UHGV virus genome: UHGV-0173755
DNA: 31,090 nt
From: a virus
Direction: 5' to 3' (one strand)
Part shown: piece by piece, positions 19,715 through 27,146 of the stretch
Numbering within the stretch: the stretch's first letter is position 1
Layout of the letters: the number at the start of each line of letters is the position of its first letter
Notes under the pieces: model-generated
The model's input: the letters and a program-made list of their open reading frames with translations, nothing else
What the model was told of the DNA's origin: nothing
Databases searched by the model: none
Made by a program: the position numbers and the translations under genes

Positions 19715-19724
19715 AACGTAACTC

Positions 19725-20300
19725 CTACGCTTTCCCCAGCAGTACATCACGGATGCGCTGCTCCAGTTCTTCGCTGATGCCATCCTGCCCGCGCAGTTCT
19801 TCACTGACGGCGTTTGCCGCTTCTTCTGCGAATGCCTGGCGGATTTCTTTCTCGCGCCGGTGGCTGGACATTGCTGTGGATTCCAGACGCTGTGCCGCCA
19901 GCATGGCATTTTTCAGCAGGTCAATATCCACGTCAGATTCCGGGTTTTCGATTTGCCGCATCATGGCCTTAAAAAGCTGGCTGCGGGCCATTTCCAGAAT
20001 CAGCTTTGTGGTTTCGCCCATTGGCTTGTCGCCAAGCTCTGCGGTCAGTGCTGACGTCATTTCACGCATCTGTCGCAGGTTATGGCCTACCTGCTCGACG
20101 TTCGTCGCGTAACGGTTCAGACCGGAACGGGAGAGTTTCATCTCATCCGGCAGGCCAGCGTCTTCAATCAGTGCGTTAATTTCTTCAAGAATACGGGCCT
20201 GTGGGATCGCCTTATCACGCAGCATTTCATGCAGCGTTTTACGTACGTTTTCCGGCAGTAAATCCACTTTTGAAGCCCGTCCCCGTGTTTTCCTGTCCAT
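19725..20300 (-). CDS. Mu gp27-like protein (putative small terminase/DNA-packaging protein)
   Basis: ORF track 196 aa; ATG at 20298-20300 preceded by AGGAGG SD is the likely start; synteny upstream of large terminase. Confidence 0.65.
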   Translation of the reverse strand: MDRKTRGRASKVDLLPENVRKTLHEMLRDKAIPQARILEEINALIEDAGLPDEMKLSRSGLNRYATNVEQVGHNLRQMREMTSALTAELGDKPMGETTKLILEMARSQLFKAMMRQIENPESDVDIDLLKNAMLAAQRLESTAMSSHRREKEIRQAFAEEAANAVSEELRGQDGISEELEQRIRDVLLGKA

Positions 20301-20311
20301 CACGCCTCCTG

Positions 20312-20602
20312 TCATGCACGGGGACGAGGACGCTTGACACCGGCAACGCGGGCGCGGCCTTCCGCCACATCCTGACCACGGGAGGTCAGCGTTACGACAT
20401 AAAAGCCGCGCAGGTTTTCCACGGTGACCAGTTGCTGCTCTGCCAGCCAGTCAATCTGGCCGCGAACCACATCGCGGGAAACGTTGTGTCCGTATGCATC
20501 CAGACAGTCCTGAAGGATGGATTCGTTTGCTTCGTTATTGCAGTCCATCAGGGAACGCAGGATGACCAGACGACGGTCTTCGGTGAGAATATCGTTAATC
20601 AT
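20312..20602 (-). CDS. Hypothetical protein (Mu gp26-like)
   Basis: 96 aa ORF, ATGA overlap with upstream gene. Confidence 0.5.
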   Translation of the reverse strand: MINDILTEDRRLVILRSLMDCNNEANESILQDCLDAYGHNVSRDVVRGQIDWLAEQQLVTVENLRGFYVVTLTSRGQDVAEGRARVAGVKRPRPRA

Positions 20603-20898
20603 GAATTACTCCGGTTTACTGCGTTTTCAAGCAGCAGCTCCAGTTGATGGGAAAATGACTGCACCCGCTGGGACAGCACCCGGATATCGCCGGACAGCTC
20701 TGCAATACGCAGGCGCATTTCGTGTACATCTTCTGTGCCGGGGATGCTGGCGTAGCGGGTTTCCATTTCGGTCATCCGGTTTTCAAGACGCTCCACACGC
20801 TCAGTGCTGGCAAAACTACGACGCATTGCCCAGACGGCCCCACCGGCCACAACAGGCAACAGGTAAGGCCATAACGCTAAAACTGAAATCAAATCCAT
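20599..20898 (-). CDS. Membrane-anchored coiled-coil protein (Mu gp25-like; lysis-associated)
   Basis: ATG at 20896-20898 with GGAG SD; N-terminal hydrophobic helix MDLISVLALWPYLLPVVAGGAVWA then heptad-like region. Confidence 0.5.
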   Translation of the reverse strand: MDLISVLALWPYLLPVVAGGAVWAMRRSFASTERVERLENRMTEMETRYASIPGTEDVHEMRLRIAELSGDIRVLSQRVQSFSHQLELLLENAVNRSNS

Positions 20899-21092
20899 TA
20901 TTCTGCTCCACGGCACCAGTGGCAGTAGTTCGCCATCGGCTGCTGTCTCAGCACATCAGGCCGCAGCTCACGACCGCAACCGGCACACAATACAGGCGGG
21001 TCATACGCCGCCGGGCGGGGAATATCACGGGTATCCCCCTGCCAGAGTTCAGCGAGCAGCAGCGCCACCGCCCGGTTCTGGTCTTCGTTCAT
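20898..21092 (-). CDS. Small Cys-rich protein (CxxC...CxxC; Mu gp24-like)
   Basis: 64 aa ORF, ATG 21090-21092 with AAGGAAAG SD; two CxxC pairs. Confidence 0.45.
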   Translation of the reverse strand: MNEDQNRAVALLLAELWQGDTRDIPRPAAYDPPVLCAGCGRELRPDVLRQQPMANYCHWCRGAE

Positions 21093-21390
21093 AAATTTCT
21101 TTCCTTCGGGTCTCCTGTTCCCGGACTGATGCCTTGTCGCGGTTGCACTGCCCGAGCGCCATCAACAGGTCAGCATTCCAGAGAAGGGATGCTCCCCACG
21201 TCAGGGGCTGTGGCATGGGCGGAACGGGCGTTGCTTCCGTCAGTTCTGCATCAGTTTCGGGCAGGATCACCACCGATGGCACGGGTGCGTTTTTCGAGTT
21301 CCCGCAACCTGTCAGCAGCAACGGCAGGCACAGGACGAGTGCTGCAATTGTCACCGGTAATGGCGGTTGTAATTTTTTGTTTTGCATCAT
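21049..21390 (-). CDS. Outer-membrane spanin-like lipoprotein, overlapping i-spanin gene out of frame
   Basis: Signal peptide plus lipobox LLTGC in MMQNKKLQPPLPVTIAALVLCLPLLLTGC; Pro-rich; start codon uncertain (ATG 21388-21390 or 21403-21405). Confidence 0.55.
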   Translation of the reverse strand: MMQNKKLQPPLPVTIAALVLCLPLLLTGCGNSKNAPVPSVVILPETDAELTEATPVPPMPQPLTWGASLLWNADLLMALGQCNRDKASVREQETRRKEIYERRPEPGGGAAAR

Positions 21391-21637
21391 GATGTTCTGT
21401 CTCATCTGCCAGCCGCGCGGCACGATTTGCGGCACGGATAGCGGAAAATACCTGCATCGTCTGTTCCTGACTGTGTAACAACCATTCAGCCGTGTTGCGG
21501 ACCTGTTGCTCCGTCTGTAATTCACGGCGCAGCGTCTGGTTATCGTGGCGGGTGCTGTCCAGCCTGTGCCACAACACCCCGGACAGAACGGCGGCAAACA
21601 CGGCTGCCAGCAGTAAACTTTTACTGGCGAAGGTCAT
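21251..21637 (-). CDS. Inner-membrane spanin-like protein (Mu gp23-like)
   Basis: 128 aa; N-terminal TM helix then charged helical region; immediately after endolysin. Confidence 0.6.
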   Translation of the reverse strand: MTFASKSLLLAAVFAAVLSGVLWHRLDSTRHDNQTLRRELQTEQQVRNTAEWLLHSQEQTMQVFSAIRAANRAARLADETEHHDAKQKITTAITGDNCSTRPVPAVAADRLRELEKRTRAIGGDPARN

Positions 21638-22139
21638 CCGCCCCCCTGATATTCCAGATAGCCATTTCCACTTCGCGACGGTTCATCAGTCCTTTCCATT
21701 TATGGCCTGCGGCAAACACCCAGCGGGCCATCTGGTCACGCGCTCCGGCGTAATCACCGGCATTGAGTTTTTTCAGCAGCGTTGATTTACTGAATGCGGT
21801 AACACCGGTGTTGAAAATAAACGTTGCCAGCGCCGTTTTCTGATATGGCGTCAGCGGCACCCTGACAAGACGATCGATTGCCGCATAAACCGGTTTTAAA
21901 TCACTGTCGAGGAGAGCCATACACTCCGCATGGCTGTAACGGCGCATTTCGATATCCGGCCCGGTATGCCCCACACAGACCGAAAGCACACCGCCAATAT
22001 CGCGGTAAGGCATATAAGCGATATTTTCCAGGTGGATCAGAGACTGACGGGTCATTTCCTGATAACCACCCACACCGCCACCGGCAATCGTTACAGCCAG
22101 TAGTGTGGCTTTCAGTTTTTTTGGTATCCCCGCCATCAT
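21621..22139 (-). CDS. lys: Endolysin with N-terminal signal-anchor-release (SAR) domain, lysozyme family
   Basis: 172 aa; N-terminal weakly hydrophobic Gly/Ala-rich segment KATLLAVTIAGGGVGGY; first gene after C. Confidence 0.85.
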   Translation of the reverse strand: MMAGIPKKLKATLLAVTIAGGGVGGYQEMTRQSLIHLENIAYMPYRDIGGVLSVCVGHTGPDIEMRRYSHAECMALLDSDLKPVYAAIDRLVRVPLTPYQKTALATFIFNTGVTAFSKSTLLKKLNAGDYAGARDQMARWVFAAGHKWKGLMNRREVEMAIWNIRGADDLRQ

Positions 22140-22205
22140 GCTTCCCTGAAAAAATGCTCTGATGGCAGTCTAAAAAATCAGGTGGCAGGTGCGGGATTAT
22201 GGTGA
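22140..22205 (-). promoter_or_regulatory. Candidate C-dependent late promoter P_lys
   Basis: Intergenic C-lys; contains CCCGCACCT (minus strand; plus 22187-22195), shared with region upstream of I. Confidence 0.5.
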
Positions 22206-22209
22206 CAGG

Positions 22210-22236
22210 AAATAACCGGCAGGATGCCGGTTATTT
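22210..22236 (-). terminator. Stem-loop overlapping C stop codon (candidate middle-transcript terminator/attenuator)
   Basis: AAATAACCGGCA-TCC-TGCCGGTTATTT 12-bp stem read directly; weak T tract. Confidence 0.4.
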
Positions 22237-22653
22237 TGGGCTTTCAGGTGAGAACAGATCAGGCTGATGACGTCGTGTATGCAGCTTTCTCTGGCGGGCA
22301 ATAATCTGGTAGATCTGCGGCTGGGACAGGCGGTACTGGCGACGCAGTTCTTCCATGTTACGACCATTAAACTGGCAGTAAAGCAAATCGTCGCGTAACG
22401 CGGTCAGGATCGTATCGCCGCAGGGGATGTAAAACTGCCGTCCACCCAGAAAACAGGACAGGGCAACGGCCTGTTTACGGGCAAGTTCACGGGGATTGCT
22501 GACGTTCTGGCGTTTCAGTTCGTTTTCCAGAACATCAATCAGATCAACCACCGAACGGGGCCAGCGTGATTCCAGTTCCGGGGCCGGGATGTTATCAATA
22601 TGTCCGATTAACTGGCGAATTGCCGGATCGTGTTCAAATAAATCATGCTGCAT
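22231..22653 (-). CDS. C: Late-gene transcription activator C
   Basis: 140 aa, sequence MQHDLFEHDPAIRQLIGHI... recognised; C-terminal HTH paralogous to Mor. Confidence 0.9.
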   Translation of the reverse strand: MQHDLFEHDPAIRQLIGHIDNIPAPELESRWPRSVVDLIDVLENELKRQNVSNPRELARKQAVALSCFLGGRQFYIPCGDTILTALRDDLLYCQFNGRNMEELRRQYRLSQPQIYQIIARQRKLHTRRHQPDLFSPESPK

Positions 22654-22665
22654 ATTTTCCCCCGG

Positions 22666-22785
22666 TTAACAGACAGAAAGATACACCACGGCACTGATGG
22701 TTATCAGAACCACAAGGGCAATCACTTTTATCGCACTCATCAGCGTGGACGGCCCGAAACATTCATCACTGAATTTTCTGTACAT
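22666..22785 (-). CDS. Small hydrophobic peptide (39 aa; candidate Mu gp20-like), below ORF-track threshold
   Basis: My own translation MYRKFSDECFGPSTLMSAIKVIALVVLITISAVVYLSVC; fills gap between membrane protein gene and C. Confidence 0.35.
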   Translation of the reverse strand: MYRKFSDECFGPSTLMSAIKVIALVVLITISAVVYLSVC

Positions 22786-22794
22786 GGTGCCCCT

Positions 22795-23157
22795 TTACCC
22801 GAACAGACGAGCGCGAAAACGAAAGGAGAGCCAGAACGTCAGCAATCCGGCCAGCGCCCAGATGACATGCTCAGGACCCGTTTTCAGTTGAGACGTTGCC
22901 ATCACGGCTAATCCCAGCCCGGACAGACTCCCCAGCCAGGTCAGAGGCCAGACGAACCGGGCAAAATGTTCAGGCACCCGGCAGCTCATTATCAGCGCAT
23001 CCAGACAATCACCGGCAACACATAAAGCAACACTGAAAACCGAGGCACAGCAAAACATCAGCGCGCGCCAGCCACAAAACAGACTTATCCACAATAACAG
23101 CGCCAGTAACACCACCGATAAAAAATCAGGCCACTGACGAGCAGAACGCTCAGACAT
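22795..23157 (-). CDS. Multi-pass membrane protein (candidate Mu gp19-like; holin-like candidate)
   Basis: ATG at 23155-23157 with GGGAG SD; several hydrophobic helices; ORF track 137 aa from TTG. Confidence 0.55.
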   Translation of the reverse strand: MSERSARQWPDFLSVVLLALLLWISLFCGWRALMFCCASVFSVALCVAGDCLDALIMSCRVPEHFARFVWPLTWLGSLSGLGLAVMATSQLKTGPEHVIWALAGLLTFWLSFRFRARLFG

Positions 23158-23368
23158 AATGTTTCTCCCTGTAAAGCAGGCAATGATGAAGAATTTCCGG
23201 CATATCAACTGACTGCCAGCCTTTCATGTAATAACTGCCGTGGGTGCCATCATGACCGGTATAGTCGCGGGGCGCAGGACGTGGCCCACCGGCGACACGG
23301 TGCAAAACCTCCTGACGCAGCCGCTCACGTCTGCCAAGATGAAAGGATGCATTCCAGCCTTTACCCAT
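23150..23368 (-). CDS. Hypothetical protein, first gene of middle operon (Mu gp18-like)
   Basis: 72 aa ORF, ATG 23366-23368, moderate SD. Confidence 0.4.
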   Translation of the reverse strand: MGKGWNASFHLGRRERLRQEVLHRVAGGPRPAPRDYTGHDGTHGSYYMKGWQSVDMPEILHHCLLYREKHYV

Positions 23369-23445
23369 GATGATTTTCCCCGGTACGGTTATTCATCACA
23401 GGATATTGAGGACGTAAAAAAAGCCGGATTAACCGGCTTTACTGT
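23369..23445 (-). promoter_or_regulatory. Candidate middle promoter Pm region (Mor-dependent)
   Basis: Only non-coding gap between mor and the genes preceding C; contains the dyad below. Confidence 0.45.
23414..23440 (-). terminator. Intrinsic-terminator-like hairpin immediately after mor (candidate early-transcript terminator)
   Basis: AAAGCCGG-TTAAT-CCGGCTTT followed by T7 run on minus strand. Confidence 0.55.
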
Positions 23446-23835
23446 TTACAGAAGTGAGGGCTGGTACTGGCGGTATTTCAGCCGTCGCATCCGGCGAATG
23501 GCCTTGTAAACCGTATTGAAAGTGACACCATAACGGGTGGTCAGTTCGCTGACGTTGCGACCGTTAAAATCATTCCAGATACGCAAATCCCGAATCAGCG
23601 AGTCCAGAGCCTGACCGCGTGGAATGTAGACCTGACCGCCGCCCAGATGCTTACAGATAGCCACAACAATCTCCAGTGAATGGGCAGGATCAACACCCAG
23701 CCGGGACAATTCCCCGCGCAGCAAATCGTTCAGCTCCGCCAGCAGTGCCGGAAAGCGTGACGTATCCTCGGCGGGATTGTCAAGATGTGCCAGGATGGTG
23801 TCATCCTGCAAATCACCAAATAAATCTTCCGTCAT
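23446..23835 (-). CDS. mor: Middle operon regulator Mor
   Basis: 129 aa, MTEDLFGDLQDDTILAHL... recognised; paralogous to C. Confidence 0.9.
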   Translation of the reverse strand: MTEDLFGDLQDDTILAHLDNPAEDTSRFPALLAELNDLLRGELSRLGVDPAHSLEIVVAICKHLGGGQVYIPRGQALDSLIRDLRIWNDFNGRNVSELTTRYGVTFNTVYKAIRRMRRLKYRQYQPSLL

Positions 23836-24383
23836 TGTGCCATCCTCCGCGTCTTTCTGGCATGGGCATAAGCCGCCGTCATGGCATCATAGCCGCGCAG
23901 TTCTCGCCCGGACGGGCTGACCGGCAACGGAAGCCCGCGACGGGAAAAGGCTTCACGAATACAGCGAATGTGCCACTGCTTGAGTGTTTCGAGGACTGTC
24001 AGCAGCGTGTCGCCATGACACCACGCCAGTGTGGCAACACCCTGTCCGCCGTTGCGTTTCGCGGTCAGGCGCTGAACATATTTATCCAGCGCCACATCAC
24101 CGCCATCGCTAATAAAACCGTCTTCTGCCATCTGCTGCCAGACTTTGTATACCTTCTCGCGGGGAGTGGCATGCCCCTTAAAGCGGCGACGTGGATGTTT
24201 ATTCAGCTTCTTAAAGCCGCGTTCTTTCATGGCATCGAGCACCTGTTCCAGTTGCGTTACCGTCAGCTCGCGGCAACTGATTTTGCCCGTTTTCTGCATC
24301 AGAAAAGCGCGGTAAGTGTCGTCGTCGAGTTGTAGCTCCCGACGGGCAACATGGATTAATTTAATCAGGGATGTGCGATTCAT
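23832..24383 (-). CDS. gemA: GemA-like protein
   Basis: 183 aa ORF directly upstream of mor with ATGA overlap. Confidence 0.75.
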   Translation of the reverse strand: MNRTSLIKLIHVARRELQLDDDTYRAFLMQKTGKISCRELTVTQLEQVLDAMKERGFKKLNKHPRRRFKGHATPREKVYKVWQQMAEDGFISDGGDVALDKYVQRLTAKRNGGQGVATLAWCHGDTLLTVLETLKQWHIRCIREAFSRRGLPLPVSPSGRELRGYDAMTAAYAHARKTRRMAQ

Positions 24384-24434
24384 GATCGTACCTCCGGAAA
24401 GAGGCGGTGCTGCAACACCGCCTGAATTTACACA

Positions 24435-24737
24435 TCAGTTCGTAAGGCCCAGATGCTGACGGATCTCAAAAGCCTCAAACACATGAGCGTCAGTAACAAT
24501 ATCCTGGTCTGATAACCCCAGCCTGTGGCGGATGTACTCCTCGCGGGCTGTTTCATTTTGCAGTGCCACTACTGTTTCCAGACGATTCATTTCGCGGTTG
24601 ATAATGTCACGGACTTCTCTGGCGGTGAGTTCATGCTTAATACCATGCTCAACGATAGCGCGAACACGTTCCAGCATCCCTTTTTCAGCCATGACGTTAT
24701 CAATATTAAGGGGAGTAAATTTATCTTCATTGTTCAT
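24435..24737 (-). CDS. Hypothetical early protein (100 aa)
   Basis: ORF with ATGA overlap to upstream gene. Confidence 0.5.
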   Translation of the reverse strand: MNNEDKFTPLNIDNVMAEKGMLERVRAIVEHGIKHELTAREVRDIINREMNRLETVVALQNETAREEYIRHRLGLSDQDIVTDAHVFEAFEIRQHLGLTN

Positions 24738-25042
24738 TTTGCGGCCCTCAGAATAAATTCAGGATAAAATTTCAGACTCATTTGCCGTAACACATCCAGT
24801 GCAGCAACGGCTGCTGATTTATCGTTGCCATCAGCAATAGCGCGGAGATTTTCAATAATCCAGTGAGGACTCAGTGACTCAGCAACAATGCCAAACCGGT
24901 ACGCCATGACCTCATCAATAGCTTTTTCATGAGACGGCTTATATACAAAATTCACAAAGTCATGCACTTCTTTTTTCGGCAAACCACCGGCAATCAGCAG
25001 GGCGGCAAGCTCTTCTGATTTTGAAAATACACCATTATTCAT
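24734..25042 (-). CDS. Hypothetical early protein (about 102 aa)
   Basis: ATG at 25040-25042 with AGGTGA SD; ORF track version starts at GTG 25057. Confidence 0.5.
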   Translation of the reverse strand: MNNGVFSKSEELAALLIAGGLPKKEVHDFVNFVYKPSHEKAIDEVMAYRFGIVAESLSPHWIIENLRAIADGNDKSAAVAALDVLRQMSLKFYPEFILRAAK

Positions 25043-25043
25043 A

Positions 25044-25226
25044 TCACTCACCTTCACAATTCATGCACGCTGTGTCATCACCCATATCGCAGTGGTTGCA
25101 TTTCTGCCCGCCACAATGAGGGCACTCTTTCAGATATTCAGGGGATTCATTACCGCAGGTCGGGCATTCCTGTTTCACCGTGGTAAATTTCCCCAGCCAC
25201 GAATACGATGTTTCATTGTCTTCCAT
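25044..25226 (-). CDS. Small Cys-rich zinc-ribbon-like protein (60 aa)
   Basis: Strong SD GGAGG; motifs CPTCG, CPHCG, CNHC, CMNC. Confidence 0.5.
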   Translation of the reverse strand: MEDNETSYSWLGKFTTVKQECPTCGNESPEYLKECPHCGGQKCNHCDMGDDTACMNCEGE

Positions 25227-25764
25227 TGTTTACCTCCGCCTGTTCCAGTGCCATAACTGGTGCGTCAGAACAGTCAAGAATGAGATAACGCAGTACATGG
25301 TCGGTGATATTCCAGGCGCCTGAACTGCAAATAAAACGCCCCAGCCGGATATCGATATAAGCCATCACAAAACGGGGTATTCCCTGTTCGCACATTCTGT
25401 TATCCACCTCAGCAACAATGTGGACTGACTCACAGGTCAGCACGCCCGTCGCAAACTCTTTTGCCAGCACGGGGATGGTATTACCTTCCACCCAGGGTAA
25501 TGAGCGACGCCAGTTGCACCACACCGCATCATCAACAGCAGGCTGCTCAGTTGCGTTTCGTCTTACAGGCGGCGTCTGACGCGGGCGCGGAACGTCATAA
25601 AATCCGTTGCATTCGGTGAGCACTCCGGCATCAACCGCATCACGCAGGAAATACACCATTGCGGAGGGGGGCATCTGCATTTTTTCAGCCAGAACTCCGC
25701 AGGTCAGACGCCCGTAAGCCCGTAATAATGTGCTGACACCATTCAGAATTTTTGCATCAACCAT
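25213..25764 (-). CDS. Hypothetical early protein (183 aa)
   Basis: ATG 25762-25764 with GAGGAA SD. Confidence 0.55.
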   Translation of the reverse strand: MVDAKILNGVSTLLRAYGRLTCGVLAEKMQMPPSAMVYFLRDAVDAGVLTECNGFYDVPRPRQTPPVRRNATEQPAVDDAVWCNWRRSLPWVEGNTIPVLAKEFATGVLTCESVHIVAEVDNRMCEQGIPRFVMAYIDIRLGRFICSSGAWNITDHVLRYLILDCSDAPVMALEQAEVNNGRQ

Positions 25765-25862
25765 GTTTTATTCCTCAGGAATCTGTTTCAGGCGCGAGCA
25801 ATCCCCTGACGCATCGCGCCATAATTAAAAGAATGTGAATTAATTAAATATTAATGGCGGTA

Positions 25863-26387
25863 TTAAATACCGGCTTCCTGTTCAAATGGAATAATGGAAA
25901 AATCTTCAATTCCCGATTTAACCGTAATTCCGGCAACACCTGCGACGGCTTTTGGTTCCAGTAAAATCGCCTCCTTGTTGATTTCCTGCTTCGTGCGAAT
26001 AAAGCGTTGCAGGCCAAGACGCTCCAGCGTTTCCATCACTGCATCCATACCACGAATACTTACTGATGGTGGACGGACCCGCCACGATACATCACCGGTG
26101 ACAAGATTCGCCGTCTTCACTTTGCCGCCGTTCGTCAGTTCGTCGCGGTTCGCTTCACACCATCCCTGAACGCCTTTTGAAAGGGTTTCAATATCGGTTT
26201 TAATCGGTGCAATCCGGGCCGCAAATTTCTCCGTAATTTCCGCGATGGCATCATTCATTTCCGTTTCCAGACGTGATGCTTCGCGCTGTAAATCCCCGAT
26301 GCGTTTAATATCGGTAATCACCGCATCGCGGTTTTGTGGCATATAAGCCGCTGCGGCACTCTTGATACGTTTTGCTGGTTTAGCCAT
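25863..26387 (-). CDS. gam: Host-nuclease inhibitor Gam (DNA-end-binding protein)
   Basis: 174 aa, MAKPAKRIKSAAAAYMPQNRDAV... recognised; CAGGAGC SD. Confidence 0.85.
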   Translation of the reverse strand: MAKPAKRIKSAAAAYMPQNRDAVITDIKRIGDLQREASRLETEMNDAIAEITEKFAARIAPIKTDIETLSKGVQGWCEANRDELTNGGKVKTANLVTGDVSWRVRPPSVSIRGMDAVMETLERLGLQRFIRTKQEINKEAILLEPKAVAGVAGITVKSGIEDFSIIPFEQEAGI

Positions 26388-26406
26388 AAATTAAAGCTCC
26401 TGTTAA

Positions 26407-26706
26407 TTAATATCCGCTGTATACAATGCTGGATACAGCCCGATTGCTTAATTCCATCTTTCGGGCAATGACATGAATATCCAGCCCTTCTTTATAAAGT
26501 TCACGACATAAATATTTGTCGTGTTCACTGATTCGGTATACACACAATGATATTCCGTGCCTTCTGGCATGTGCCCGGAGGGCGGTTGTGGCGACTTTCA
26601 GTTTTTCCGCCATTTCTTCAACGGTCATTTTCCCGACGTTGGCTTCGATAAATTCCCGGTCTTCGCGTGACCAGCGCTTACGATTACACTTCATGTCAGC
26701 CACCAT
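26407..26706 (-). CDS. Hypothetical early protein (99 aa), possible DNA-binding
   Basis: ORF directly after upstream stop (TGAATG); basic, helical. Confidence 0.5.
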   Translation of the reverse strand: MVADMKCNRKRWSREDREFIEANVGKMTVEEMAEKLKVATTALRAHARRHGISLCVYRISEHDKYLCRELYKEGLDIHVIARKMELSNRAVSSIVYSGY

Positions 26707-27126
26707 TCAGTACAGCAGAGGCTCGTGCAGTGATGCCGGAATATGCCGCAGCGATAACTGAACCGCTTTCAGGGCAAGCGAGGAATAACAGCAGCGCGCC
26801 CAGCCTTTTGCCATTAACCGGTAATCGCGCCAGATACGCTGCCACATTTCACGGGCCTCAGGGTCTGATGCGCAGATGTATTCCCGGTCCATGACGTACT
26901 CCCATAAATCCACGTTGAACGCACCGCCAAATGCAATGGCGCGGGATATGCTTTCGCCGCAATAACGCGCACAAATGCTGTAATGGTCGAAAGCAATCAG
27001 GTAAGTCTTTTCACCACAATCATCAACTTTCCGGGCGCAAATAAACTCGCGTAATTCACCACCGTTGTTATTGCGTTCCTGAATTCGGATTAATGCCTGA
27101 ATTTCATTTCGGATTTTGACGTTCAT
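26707..27126 (-). CDS. Hypothetical early protein (139 aa)
   Basis: ATG 27124-27126 with AAAGGAA SD. Confidence 0.55.
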   Translation of the reverse strand: MNVKIRNEIQALIRIQERNNNGGELREFICARKVDDCGEKTYLIAFDHYSICARYCGESISRAIAFGGAFNVDLWEYVMDREYICASDPEAREMWQRIWRDYRLMAKGWARCCYSSLALKAVQLSLRHIPASLHEPLLY

Positions 27127-27146
27127 TGTCAGCGTTCCTTTGCGAA

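Noticed and set aside
19544-19909. 121-aa minus-strand ORF as given in the track
   Set aside because: Its N-terminal ~65 codons overlap the gp27-like gene out of frame; a strong SD precedes the internal ATG at 19714, so only the 56-aa C-terminal part is called.
20517-21392. 291-aa plus-strand ORF
   Set aside because: Antisense to the lysis cassette genes, which have clear SDs and overlaps; Arg/Pro-rich junk-like translation.
21049-21597. 182-aa minus-strand ORF as given in the track
   Set aside because: The N-terminal 70 residues are an out-of-frame read of the i-spanin gene; only the part from the signal peptide (MMQNKK...) onward is plausible.
23676-24335. 219-aa plus-strand ORF
   Set aside because: Antisense to gemA and mor.
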